Made by a program: the position numbers and the translations under genes. A DNA stretch of 64,000 nt from Lytechinus pictus (taxonomy: Eukaryota): positions 5,024,001 to 5,088,000 of the forward strand of contig NC_087245.1 of the NCBI RefSeq assembly GCF_037042905.1. The letters run 5' to 3'. Positions 1 through 13,026 of the stretch are shown one piece after another. Position 1 is the stretch's first letter. Each line of letters begins with the position of its first letter. Below the pieces are notes generated by a model. That model had not been told where the DNA came from. It was given only the letters and a program-made list of their open reading frames with translations, and ran no database searches.

Positions 1-625
1 AGTGAAGAAAACAATCATAATCAACATAAAACAAAAAAGCAACTCACTATTGTATACAGTATTATCATAATCTAAAAACCTACGGTGTGTATGACATGAT
101 GTGGATGTGGAGACCAGACCGAGAGCACTGTGTGTACGAGAGGATATGGAAACCAGAGTGGAGGGGTGTGCCGAGAAGGTGACACGACATGTAGCCTTTC
201 ACAAGTTGGTATTTTCTTGAATATTAATTTTTACTTACTGAATGTCTTGGTCATGTTTGTGTGGCACAAAATTTGCCGACAGTAAACATTTTGCGTGACT
301 ACAGTACAGGGTTTTCGACAAAATAAGGTGGGGTATACCGTTGAATTTCACCTGGAGCAAATGTCTCCACTTCGGAGCATATTTCGCCAGTCTGAGCGAT
401 TTTGACGCTAAGAATGGGGTATGTCTAATTTGTTTCTACTGTAATAACATGGAGCTATATGGTTATAATAATTACATGAAAACGCGTTTTTTTTTTTCAT
501 TCTAATCGCCAGGCACGTAATAAAACTTACACAAATGCTCCCCCCACCATGAATAAGCATTAAGAATATCTATCCCTCCTTTGTGCTTACCCCTTTTTTT
601 TCTATTTCTTTGTATATGCATGTAT

Positions 626-777
626 CAGGGGCCGCGGAGCCGGGGGGCTTTAGCCCCCCAATTTTCCAAAGCCGTGTACAAAAAACGTAAGAATGACCAT
701 ATGATTGTGATTTTTAGCATGGACAGCCCCCCACTTTTGACTCAGCCCTCACTTTGAAAACCGTTCCGCGGCCCCTG
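626..777. mobile_element. MITE, CAGGGGCCGCGGA TIR family, 5-bp TSD (TGTAT)
   Basis: TIRs CAGGGGCCGCGGA/TCCGCGGCCCCTG; TGTAT on both sides; further copies at 38321 and 60649. Confidence 0.85.
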
Positions 778-943
778 TGTATGACATGTAATATATCATG
801 CAAGCATAGTTTAAGTTTACTTTGTAAATTCATGGAGCTATGCTCCATGGTAAATTGACGCCTTCAGCCTGTGCTACAATTGTTATGCGTATGAAAGTAC
901 GAATAAAAAAATAAATAAATAATTGTCGCATTATCAGAGCAAT

Positions 944-1264
944 TTACGGCGGAGCAGATGTCGGCGGAGCAATTATCGGCGGAGCAATTGTCGTATAATC
1001 GGAGCAGATGTCGGCGGAGCAATTATCGGCGGAGCAATTGTCGGCGGAGCAATTTTCGGCGGAGCAGATGTCGGCGGAGCAAATATCGGCGGAGCAAATA
1101 TCGGCGGAGCAAGTGTCGACGGAGCACATATCGGCGGAGCAAGTGTCGACGGAGCAACTGTCGGCGGAGCAACTGTCCGGAGCAATTGTCGGCGGAGCAG
1201 TTGTCGTATTTTGCGTAGCAATTGTCGGCGGAGCAAATGTCGGCGGAGCAATTGTCATGGAACC
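944..1264. repeat. 15-bp minisatellite (TCGGCGGAGCAATTG-like) ending in a GGAACC-type MITE terminus
   Basis: Tandem units visible directly; they generate the SAEQL/APPTI pseudo-ORFs; a related element lies at ~17394-17599. Confidence 0.85.
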
Positions 1265-1572
1265 AAAAAAGGGGGAAAAAAGAAGAAGAAAAAAAAAGAT
1301 TTTCTTCATTTTCACATTTTTTGATACACTTATGATGAGAACTCAACCCCATAAAAGTTCGCTTTGGAATGCCTGCCTTTTCTAGAAATTTCATGTTTAG
1401 TGTTGATTTTAGGGATTTATCGGGTACCCTATGTATACGGCTAATTTGATTGATGATAAATAGCTTACGGATAAAAAAAAATGTTTGTGATCTTACAATT
1501 CACAGGTTAGGTTCTAATCGTGTTAATGCATCTTAAAATAAAGAAAAAATTTGAATTTTCAAAGGAGAACAC

Positions 1573-2725
1573 CCCAGATAGCAAAATATCTGGGACCCAT
1601 ATGGCCCATATGGAAACTATATGGGCTAGAAGTGGGTAGGTCCACATGGGGCCCAGATATATGGGGCCCACTTGGGGCCCATCTGGGTTATATCTGGGCC
1701 CATATGTACCAGATGAATATCATCTGGGCTGGAGATGAGCATTTCCAAGTGGGACCCAGACGGGCTAAAATATGTGGGACCCATCTGGGTTATATCTGGG
1801 ACCATATGTACCAGATAAGCCTTCTGGGACCCAGATGGGTCACATCTGAGCTCAATATCACTGGATGATCGATCTGGACTGCACTCATGAATATTCATTA
1901 CAACAGTAAATGACCAAAATTTTAGCTAATACGGCTACAACAATTAATATGTTAATGTTTATGCAAGGATTCCACCATGAAAAGTTTCAGAAAAGTATGT
2001 AATTTATAACCATAAAATTAAAAATCAAAACATTTAATTTCAGGAGAAATTTTCAAGGTTAAATATTGAAAATTGTTATTAACCCTAGCCTGTCAAGTAT
2101 AGCAAACTCGCTCTATATATAGAAGTCAATAACAAGATTCAGTGGTTAGGTGTAGGATAGGATTAGGATAGGATTAGGATTTAGGGTTAGAATGTAGGAT
2201 TATAGGATATGATAAAATGATAAGGATTAGAGTATTGGGTTGTATATAAAGTCACCTTAATGATACAAATTAATATATTTTTTTAATTGATTAAAACATG
2301 GTGGACCCACATGGCCCACATGGGACCCATATAAAAACACAGTATTGTTTTTATATGGGGCCCATATGGGAGCAATGTGGGCCTGCCCATATTCAACCCA
2401 CACTAAACCAACTTGGCCCAAATGGGCCCCACATAGGGTGTACATATGGGTCCCAGATTGGCCAAGTGGGGCCCATATGGGCCCATACATAGCCCAAATG
2501 GGCCCCATATGGTTTACATGGGTACGATGTGGGCCTGCCCATATTTACCCCACGCGAAACCCTGGCCCATATGGGCCCCAGACGGGGTGTACGGTGCAAA
2601 AAACACAAGGGGCCCAGTTGGGCCCATACATAAGCCCACATGGGCAATCCATATGGGGCCCACATTTTTAGCCCTGATAAGCCCACAAGTAACCCATATG
2701 GGCCCCATATATTTTGCTCACTGTG
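1573..2725. mobile_element. CACTA/EnSpm-like non-autonomous element with GGGCCCATATGGG subterminal repeats
   Basis: Imperfect TIR CCCAGATAGCAAAATATCTGGGACCCATATGG versus CACAGTGAGCAAAATATATGGGGCCCATATGG; dense palindromic subterminal repeats in both arms. Confidence 0.7.
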
Positions 2726-3559
2726 CTAGTAGAGTACTTTTTTTAGTAGTAGCCAAGTGCTTAATTGCAGTCTCACCGTGCCGGACATGTCGAGGGCTGG
2801 CCGGCTGCGCTCGGTAGCTAGCGCAGGTATAAAAAAGGTCGGCCTTGGTTTATGCAGCTACACCCTCTATTGCATTCGAATTGTCAATTAATGTAAATGC
2901 GAGTTCCAACTTTTATTTTTGAGAGCAAATACATTTATTCGCCTTATAGATTCTATTTTCCGTAATTTCCTGCAAAAGCATGCAAATCTGTGAATGTGTT
3001 TATTTCCAAGAATTGTTTTAATTCCACCGTATTTCCACGTAAACTTATAATTCTCCGGTTGTCTTTATTACTGTAGTAGTTTTCTTTATTTCTAGAGTTT
3101 TTTTTATTTTTTGAAATTGTTTTATTTGCGAGATTATCTATTTCTGAACGTCGATGACATTCATATGAATCTGTTTCGCCCAATTTGTCCAGCTAACATC
3201 ACCTTAAAATACGCGGTTTCCAACTATGCGCACAGCTGATATGCGCGCATAAGGGCGGGTGAACACGCAGAGCGAGCAAAGGCGATGAGTTGGGCGGACG
3301 CTTCCACATTTTAACAAAAATGTGTGTTTTGCCCTGTTTAAACGGGGACATCCCGATAGACCGCGGGTCCGATAGACCGCGGGTCCGTTAGACCGCGGGT
3401 CCGATAGACCGCGGGTCCGATAGACCGCGGGTCCGATAGTCCGCGGGTCCGATAGACCGCGGGTCCGATAGTCCGCAGTGTGTGTAAAATTATGATCAGA
3501 TATATCAAATGTCATCGAGAGGTCCAAAGGTCAAATGATACGAGGCCATGGGGTTCTAT

Positions 3560-6500
3560 CAGGTGCGGATCCATGGAGGGCCGAGGGGGAACTGCCTCAC
3601 CCCCCCCCCCCCACCCCCAGCTCAAAAAAAAGAGGGGGAAGAGGGGAAAAGGGAGAGAATAAAAAAAGAAAGAGGAAGATGGGAAAAGAAGAGAATAGAA
3701 AAGAAAGTAAGAAGGAGAAAGGAAGAGAAGAAAAAGGGGAAAGGAAAGACAAAGAAAAAAGGAGAAGAAAAGGGGAAAGAAAAGGGAAAAAAGAGGAGGG
3801 AAAAGAAAGAGAAGAAAAGAAAGGAGAAAGGAAAAGGAAGAAAAAGAAGAAAAAAAAGAGGAAGGAAGAGAAGAATATTTAAATAGAGAGGAAGATGGGA
3901 AGAAAGATAAGAAAAAAGAGAGAGAGAGAGGAAGAGGGGAAAAGAAGAGAAGAAAGAGAGAGAGGGAGGAAGGGGAGGGAGAGAAGAAAAAATATTAAAA
4001 GAGAAAAAAGGGAGAAGGAAAGAAAAAGAAAAAGGGAGAAGTAAAGGGGAAAAGAGAAAAAAAGTGGAAGAGGGAAAAGAAAGAAAAGAAAAGAACGGAG
4101 TAAGGAAAAGTGGGAAAAGAAGAAGAAAAAAGAGAGAGAGTAAGTGGGAAGAGAGGAAAAACGAGAAAAGAGAGAGGAAAAGAGGGAAAGAAAAGACAGC
4201 AAAAAGATAAGAAAAGGGGGAAAGAAAAGATGGGGGGAAAGAGAAGAAAGGGGGGGGGGAAAGAAGAGGGGGAAAGAAAGAGAGAAAGAAAGAGAAAGGA
4301 AGGAAGGGGAATGAGGATAAAAGAAAGAAAAAAGAAAGAAAAGGAGATGGTAAACGGAAGAGGGAGATGTTGACCTGGACGTCGATTTGATGGCGCCAAA
4401 ATGACGTTCGAACTATGGGGCGCCGAATTGATGTTCGATCTAGCGGGGCACCAAATTGATGTTCGAACTAGGGGAGCGCTAATTTGAATTTTGACCATAA
4501 TGCGACAAATACATGTTTCAGAGAGGGGAGGGAGGGCTAAGTTATATTTCACTTGGGGGCGCCAAGTTTATGTTCAACCGAGGGCGCCAAATTGACCTTG
4601 AACTTAGAGGGCTTCATGCAAATTCATTTTCGACCGGGGACGCAACATTGCCTGTTTATAGTGAAATATATGTCCTGCCAAAAAACTTCAATTAATGCGG
4701 CTGAATTAAAATATCCCGTTTTTACGATAACAGAAAAAAAAAATGTTTTCGAGTTTTAAGTCTGTTTAGCGAGATAGATACCCTGTTCAGGGTCACAAAA
4801 AAGGGTTATCAAATTCAGCTCGCGCTACGCGCTCGCAATATTTGATTAATGAGGTATGTATCCTCTGCTTCAATCCCACATGTAAGTGTTAGTGTTTTTC
4901 AAGTCAACATACATAGGTCGATCCAGGGGGCAAAGATTTTGCCCCCCCCCCCCCCATGGTGGCGCAAAAAGGGGTAAGAAACAGAAAAAAGGAAGAGAAA
5001 AGGACAAGCAATTAGAATAGGAATTATACCTTAGTCCTTCTTAAGTCAGTATATACAAAATTGAGCTCGCGCTTCGCGCTGGCATCAATAAATTGTTTAG
5101 TTATAATTATACGCATCCCGACCTTACAGTTTTTTATGCGAACGAGAAGCACAAGCTGAAAATATTTGATATTCTAACCTGACAACTAAAAATGTATTTT
5201 TCATTTCATCATTATAAAAGTTTTCAGCTAGCGCTTCGCGGTCGCATTCATTTCTTAATAGATATGCATCGTGTTCATCATAACAACTACTAACATAGGC
5301 GGATCGAGGCGGCCCGAGGGCAACCTCCCCCCTGTTGACAGAGCAAATAAATTGTGAAAAACGGGGGAAGAAAAACAGGGGGAAAGAAAGGAGAAAAAAG
5401 AAGACGAAACATAAAAGGTGGAAGACGAGTGAATAAAATAAGGTCAGAAGAAGACTTGGAAAACAATTAAAAAAAATATTTGATGTCACTATATTAAAGT
5501 TTCGCTCCGCATCGCGCTCACATTGCCTGTTCGATGAGATACATATCTTGCTCAATAGGCTGATATGTAGTTTAAAATATCAAGTTTTGATATCAATATA
5601 CAAAACATAATTCAGCTCGGACATCGATCTTTCATTATTTTGTTTTATTTACCAATTTATGTTTTAAGTGCTCTGGAAAATGTCCGTTTTATGGTTTGAA
5701 TCAACATTTGCAACATTTTGTGCGCTCGCACTATATGCCAAGTAGGCCTACGTATTGTCTTTTTATATTTCATATAAGATTCTCTAAATATACCTTTTCA
5801 GGTGTCTCGATTGTAAAAAAAATAAATAAAGGCCTATGAGCTAGCGCTGTGATTTTGATTGGTGGGTTATGTAGACCTATATATTAATTTTATAACAAAC
5901 TACTTAAATCCCGGCCCCATTAAAAAATTCCGGATCGCGATTTGCGCTCGCATTATTTGCTAAAAAATATATCAACCAATTAATGAATCATATTCATGAT
6001 TACAAAAATACTTAAAATATCCAGTTTTTAGGCCTCATGCACTGTCAACAAATTTCACACACTCATTAGGCTTAACAGATTAATAAATATGAAATAAAAT
6101 TTGTATAAATTCATTATAACTAAATTGTCCCTTTTTCAGAAATAAATATCAACAAGTTTTAGGAAAAGAAAGAGAAGATAGTCATCATTCTTATATGATG
6201 ACAAAATGTCCTTAGGCCTAAAATGTCTCGATCCTAGGTCAAATAAATAATAAAATATCAGCTCGCGCTTCGCGCTCGCATTATTTATATAGTGCTATCA
6301 AATTTCCATATATACACAGTGCTGTAAACAGTGCTAAAATTGACCCTTTTCATATTGGAATTTCAAATATTATTTTCAGCTCGGGCTCTGCGCTCGCATT
6401 ATTGATTTTTATGATGAAAAATGAAATGTATTCAGATTGCCAGGATTCTGTCTAACTCTAAAACACGCGCACGCATGTTTTTAGGATACAAAGCTTGATC

Positions 6501-7773
6501 TTATTCAAAACGTGCTAAAATTATCCAGTTTCGAATCAGAATATCAAAAAAAATTTGCTCGCGCTTTGCGCTCGCATTATTATTGTAGGAAGATACCAAA
6601 AATTACCCATCCTTTTTCATGATTGACAAACATGAATCGAATGTCCCATTGGGGGATTTGAAATCTCATCTTTTTAGGTTGGAATATCAAAAATGTTCAG
6701 CTCGCGCTTCGCGCTCGCATTATTTAATCGTTGAAATATGTATCGTCTTAATGGCTAACTGCAAAACATCCTTAACATGTCCCTTTTCGACCAGGCCAGA
6801 ACGAATATTTAACATTTCTGCTCGGCTTCGCGCTCGTGGTAATTATCTAGTTACATACGCTGTTCAGGTTCACAAACATTGCCCAAAATGTTCAATTTTC
6901 AGGACAAAATACATGAAATTTCATTAATTTTATGCGATACACCATATCGAGCCCCCTCGAAATTGTTGGCTCATTTATACGGCACTGGGACAACCCCTTC
7001 AAAGAAACAAAAAAAAAATCAACTTTGAGCGGCCGATCGGGGAAAATATGGGTGAAAAAATGGCCCCTCACCCTAATGGCGGAAGCTGGGTCCGCCCCTG
7101 ACTTAGGCTTTCAGGATATAATACATGAAAAATTAAAAAAAATCAGATCGCGCTTCGCGTTCTCATTATTTATTTAGGCCTTGTGAAATACCTCAATGTG
7201 TTTAAAAAAATAAAATCTCAGATATTCTTTATCGTCTACCCCCCTCCCATTTCATTTATTTTTTCATCTTGGTGCCCTCTGCATAAGTTCAACAAGAACC
7301 CCCACCCCCCCCCCCCCCCCCCGTGCACCCATGCTGAATAAATACGCCACTAATGAGGAGAATGAGTCGATTGCTTCGAGATTGCATTATTCCCAAGAAG
7401 TTATCATTAATATTATTGAAGGCTATTCTAAAACAACTAGTAAAGAAACAACAGCTCCCGTTCACACAATATTCTAGTAGGGCCTACTCTGGAGAGAAGC
7501 TAAACCAAATTGAAACCCCCAAAAATCGCTCGCGCTTCGCGCTCCCATTGATATTTCATTATATTTTCATGGATTTTTTTTTCAAGAACACATTAAAAGA
7601 GTGGTCATTAATTGCCTTTTTTTAATGTGTTTATAAATTCAAAATCCATTTTAGGCACTTAAGTTAGCCTGACTGGGAGGGAGTGGGCGCCATTTTTCGA
7701 AAAGTACACATGGGCGCCAAGAATCAGATCAAATTTGGGCCCCCCTTCTCACGAAATCCTGGATCCGCGCCTG
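3560..7773. mobile_element. hAT-like non-autonomous element (composite)
   Basis: TIR CAGGTGCGGATCCA/TGGATCCGCGCCTG; 8-bp TSD GGTTCTAT/GGTTCGAT; internal GA-rich tract and many GCTCGCGCTTCGCGCTCGC motifs. Confidence 0.8.
3620..4370 (+). repeat. Purine-rich (GA) low-complexity tract
   Basis: Nearly pure A/G for ~750 bp. Confidence 0.9.
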
Positions 7774-7916
7774 GGTTCGATAACAATAACCCAATTAGGG
7801 CAATCATCCCCTGACAACTACTTCAAGGAAAATATGATCCCCATATTTTTACCACCGGGGACTGTTACCCCCGGAAATTTACCCTCCAGACAATTACCCC
7901 GGATAATTACCCTTAG

Positions 7917-8284
7917 TACGGAGCCTTTAAAATGCCATCGACGTGACGACATGGCGTGATACTTTATCTTGCCATGTAAGATTAATAAGCTTATTATTTC
8001 GACATGGCGATATATTCTATCTTGTCAAGTCGATATGTCGACATGGCGAGATATGAAGTGTACAAGTCCCGGCGAGAATCCCGATATATCGCCGTGTTGA
8101 CATATAACTTGTTACAAGTCGACTTGGCAAGATAAAATATCTCACCATGTTGACGTATAACCTTTTATATGTGGACTTGGCAGGATAACGTATCTCGCCA
8201 TGCGGACATAAGCTTGTTTAGTCGACATGGCAAGATAACAATCTCGCCTTGTCGTCAAGTCAATGGCATTTGAAAGGCTCCGTA
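7917..8284. mobile_element. Palindromic MITE with TACGG...CCGTA termini (IS3EU-like ends)
   Basis: TIR TACGGAGCCTTT(A/C)AAATGCCAT; internal GTCGACATGGCGAGATA repeats in both orientations. Confidence 0.75.
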
Positions 8285-10258
8285 CTAGGGGTAATTGGCG
8301 TCTAGAGGGTAAATTTCCGGGGGGGGGGGTAACAGTCCCCGACGGTAAAAATATGGGGATAATATTTTCCTTGAAGTAGCTTTCAGGGGGCGATTGTCCT
8401 TTGTGTCGGCATCGTTATAGAACCCCATGGACTCGTATCATTGACCTTTTGACCTCTTGATGACATTGGATCTCACTATATCCTGATCATAATTTTACAC
8501 ACATCGCGGACTATCGGACCCGCGGACTATCGGACCCGCGGTCTATCGGACCCGCGGACTATCGGACCCGCGGTCTATCGGACCCGCGGTCTATCGGACC
8601 CGCGGTCTATCGGACCCGCGGACTATCGGACCCGCGGTCTATCGGACCCGCGGTCTATCGGGCTGTAACCGTTTAAACAATACTGATTGTGGACGGGACA
8701 ATCCAGTGCATGGAGTGTCACAGTACAGACACAATCTTTCACATGCATTCCTCACATTCTTTCACACGCACAGTAACTTCGTAAGTGCTCCCGGCCCAGA
8801 CTAGACGGGTATGGTGAGACTACCACATATCGACCACCTCTTTTGAAACCGATCACCTTGCGTCTTGCGCGCGTTAAAATTATTGCGTATTACAAACGAT
8901 ACGCGCGGGAGAGTAGTCGCAGTGTCCATAGAAACGGTAAGAATCGATTTTACGAGAAAAAATGAAACAACAAAATGTAAAAATTTAGTAAAATTAATCA
9001 AAGTTGTATTGACCAAACCCAAACCCCGCTGAAAAACCAAGAAATCCGATATGAAACGGCTTTAGAACAAATATCCGTCGTCAATCGTCGAATCATGCGC
9101 CGGAGCTCGCAGTGGAAGAAGAAGTGAGGCGATCGTTTATAAATTAGCATGTTGACGTCATAGAACTGATTTGAAAGAGTCAAAATATTTCGCCAACGCG
9201 ACAAGAATCGGCCGTAAACTTAGTGTACCGCGGGTGGTCGGTTTCATGACAGGTGCACATGAGCAAATGGAAAATCGTCGCACTCGTTGTTCGTCGATAT
9301 ATACGCGGATTGAATCGGAGTCGCCGAGCGAAACATGGGAATCTGATCTGCTCAATTTTCTGCACAAATGAGACGAAAACTGGGTAAAATTGATGAATAT
9401 TTTAGCAAATACGATGCTTAGAATATTAGGTGGTCGATAAGGGGTAGTTCCAACCATACTGTACACCCCATTTGCCGTTGGTACAGTCTACTGACCGTTC
9501 AGCTGCACAGGCCACGGCACAAGAACAAAATTAATACGTGTGAATACTTCCAAATAAACGAAGTGCACGTTATTTAAATGCGATATTATTTCATACTGTT
9601 CGTTCTACAGATGTTATTTTTCATGTCTGTAATATTCAAATTGAAAAATGAAGAGAAAAAGTGGCGTTTGCTTGCCATTAAAATGACAGTTATTTCCAGG
9701 CCACTGCACTAGTTGCGCACACGCTATAGGTTTTGGTTTTGTGTGTAATCGCGACCGCGGTTTCTTCCCGTTTTGGCTAATCTTCTAAGGGAACATCTGA
9801 TTCGACGTGAAAAATGACAGGATGAACTTTTATCCAATCCAAATTACCCTTAATCAGAAAAAACTGAAGTAAGACTCTTTATTTTGGCGGTGCTACCAAA
9901 GGTTCGTCTGCTACCGTTTTCAAGTATCACTGAGATGAAAAACCCCTAAGTGAGAAAAACAAGCGAATTTCACACAATCATATCGCGCACAAAAAGGGGA
10001 ATATAGAGCAAAATGTTATTATAGAAATGTGGAAATTGACGAAATTCAGTTATTTCAAATTTAATTTTAAAATATATCATGGGGATGAGAAAATGTTGGG
10101 GATTTTAGATCTGGTTCTGCCAAAGCGATTTTCATACATGATATTATGTTATCGCAATAGTAAGCGACTAATTCACGATTTTTCCCATAGGCGTAACGTT
10201 ATGATAATTGTGAGTTTGGGCGGCGGTGACTGGTGATCGCTTAACTGAACCATGAAAT

Positions 10259-11783
10259 CATAATGGTTAGTTTCGGTCATGTTCGCTCATTTGGTTTACG
10301 TAGCAGACGATGCTAGCCTGCAAGTATATAGTATACCTACGCAGACCCTATTGCAAATCAATTCCGGACTCGATATTTGCTTCCTTAAACTGTAGCTATT
10401 ATAAATATCAGTAAGCAAAACTTCATAGTACAAGAGCATTTATACTTTCAACATTAAATGCGTTAAGTAAGTTTTTTGGACTGTATTAATTGTTTCAAAT
10501 GAAAAGGGTCTTGGAACGGAAACTATCATACGTTAGTCACGTGACGTTGTACACAGAAATATGCCATGTTCTGCCTGCTCGATCTCAAATTTTTGGGGGA
10601 AAATGAGATGTAACCATTATACCAGTCATAAAGTATTATACACATTTGAGTGTCCGAAAGTCCACACACACAGCTTCAACACAGGGAACAGTGGTTTTCA
10701 TGAACGTAATATTGCAGAAATCCGGGTATATCTTTATAACTATTAATAATCTCACACCAGATTGATAATAGTGTGAAAATTTATTGTATCCAATTCCATT
10801 AATTTGATGTAAATATCATTACAATTAATTCACTATTTACGTCTCGCTGTTCATTTGAAAGTCTCCATGTTCACAACTCTTGCTATGGCAAACGGTCTGA
10901 AATCACCCATATTTTGGAGACACTGGCACCTTTGTTTTCCCACTGGAATATCCCTAAGGGTAAAAAAGATCGAGATTGATTGTCATCTCAATGCTAAATA
11001 GATTACCTACAGTTTGATGTATAATACTTTATGACTGGTATAATGGTTACATCTCATTTTCCCCCAAACTTTGAGATCGAGCAGGCAGAACATGGCATAT
11101 TTCTGTATACAACGTCACGTGACTAACGTATGATAGTTTCTGTCCCTAGACCCTTTTCATTTGAAACAATTAATAGAGTCCAAATAAACTTAATTAACGC
11201 ATTTAATGTTGAAAGTAACAATGTTCTTGTACTATGAAGCTTTGCTTACTGATATTTATAATATAGCTACAGTTTGAAGAAGCAAATATCGAGTCCGGAA
11301 TTGATTTTGATTTGCAATAGGGTCTGCGTAGGTATACTATATACCAGCAGGCTAGCATCGTCTGCTACGTAAACCAAAACGAGCGAACATGACCGAAACT
11401 AACCATTATGTCTGTAGGTAATCTATTTGGCATTTAGACTGACAATCAATCTCGGCCTTTTTTACCCTTAGAGATATTCCTGAGGGGTAAAAAAGATTTC
11501 AGTGTCTCGAAAATATGGGTGATATTTCAGACCCAAGTTTGCCATAGCAAGAGTTGTGAACATGGACACTTTCAAATGAACAGCGAGACGTAAATAGTGA
11601 ATTAATTGTAATAATAATTACATCAAATTAATGGAATTGGATAAAATTTTCACACTTTTATCAATCTGGTGTGAGATTATATTAATAGTTATAAAGATAT
11701 ACCCGGATTTCTGCAATATTTTGTTCATGAAAACCACTGTTCCCTGTGTTGAAGCTGTGTGTGTGGACTTTCGGACACTCAAA
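10259..11783. repeat. Interleaved inverted repeats A-B-A'-B'
   Basis: A 10259-10642 pairs with 11018-11410; B 10645-11012 pairs with 11412-11783. Confidence 0.85.
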
Positions 11784-12221
11784 GGCACGCGACTAACCAT
11801 TATGCATATGATTTGTAAAATATACTGCTATTTCAATTACGATTTTTTTTTTCTGAATGAGTCTTATATTTCTAAAAGCTTTTATCTATGATTGACAAGG
11901 TTATTTCTGATTTGTTTTTTATTTCTCAATTATATCCATTTCTGGTTAAATACTTTTATTTCTGAATGTCTTATTCGGTCGAAGTACTGACATTCCTGAA
12001 TGTTAATATTTCTGAGGAAGTTAATTTATTTCTGAGAAACAGCAATTTTTTCTGAGAGACTGCATTTATTTCTGAAAACCACATGTATTTCTGAGATACT
12101 ACATTTATTTCTGAGTGTTTCTTTATTTTTGAGATTATTAATTTTGGCCCTTTTGGCTGCCCATAGTGATACGGTATAAGGGCGAGTTCGCGAACTGTGT
12201 TTTGGGGGTGTGGGTGTGGGT

Positions 12222-12344
12222 TAGCCTATAATCTAGGCGGAGGCTGCAGCCACAAATGCGTAGTCTCGCCAGATCAGACGTATCTCTTGCGTTCAGCATA
12301 ACAGCAAAGACAATAACTGCAGCCTCCGCCTAGATTATAGGCTA
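12222..12344. mobile_element. Short MITE with TAGCCT termini (Academ-like ends)
   Basis: TIR TAGCCTATAATCTAGGCGGAGGCTGCAG with a perfect reverse complement. Confidence 0.75.
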
Positions 12345-12990
12345 GGGGTGTGGTCGATGGGCGCGGCCTCTGCCCGAACTTTGGACCCCGGGTTTAATTG
12401 GATTGGGCAAGCGCGCAAGGTCTTTTGGACCCAATACGGAAAAAGCTCGAAAAAAGTTGATGTCCATAATCGGTATCCATGATAAGTGTAAGACTGGAGT
12501 CGCGGAACCGGGGGGGGGGGGGGGTCTTCATTTATAGCCCCCACTTTTTTGTCCAAAACCAGACGTACAAATTACCATCTGATTGTGTTTTTTTTTTTTG
12601 CATGGTCACGTAGCCGGCCCCCTCCCCACTTTCGGCTCATGCAGCCCCAGACACCGTAAACATCTACAGTCATCTGTTTACTTATTACTCTAGCCTCAGG
12701 CCAAGTTCAAGCATGGCTATACGTGTTATGTCGCCAGTTTCATGGGGAAGCTAAACATTGTGAAATTAGATTGGGGAAAAATTCCTCTTTTATTTGATCA
12801 CAAAACATAGATTTTAAACACATGGCGATATATACATCAAACACTGTCTTAATAAATATGTACTTTGATAATCAGGGACCTGGGAACGATTTTTTTCAGT
12901 GGGGGTGCTGATATCTCTCCTCAAAGGTGGGGGGGGGGACATTAGAATTTTCCATAATTACACACACACGCACCTCTAAGGGCACCACAT

Positions 12991-13025
<35 letters not shown>

Positions 13026-13026
<1 letters not shown>

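Larger units (their letters stand above)
3550..8426. mobile_element. Second foldback element (GGGGTTCTATAAC...GTTATAGAACCCC, AT TSD, ISL2EU/PHIS-like)
   Basis: Arms 3550-3559 plus 7782-7916 pair with 8285-8426; AT duplicated at 3548-3549 and 8427-8428. Confidence 0.65.
3343..8671. mobile_element. Outer foldback element with 16-bp subterminal tandem repeats (CCGATAGACCGCGGGT), flanked by TTTAAA
   Basis: Arms 3343-3549 and 8427-8671 are reverse complements; CGG...CCG termini; TTTAAA on both sides. Confidence 0.85.

Noticed and set aside
923..1394. Six overlapping repeat-rich ORFs (protamine-like RRS, pentapeptide SAEQL, Cys-rich CSAD)
   Set aside because: By-products of a 15-bp minisatellite lacking stops; no splice or promoter context.
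1551..2817. GP/W-rich ORFs
   Set aside because: Arise from GGGCCCATATGGG subterminal repeats.
3352..3476. Regular short repeats resembling a CRISPR array (also 8505-8660 and 944-1257)
   Set aside because: Head-to-tail tandem units with no unique spacers; eukaryotic context with no cas genes.
3535..4552. Lys/Arg/Glu-rich and Phe/Ser/Leu-rich ORFs
   Set aside because: Translations of a GA low-complexity tract inside a transposon.
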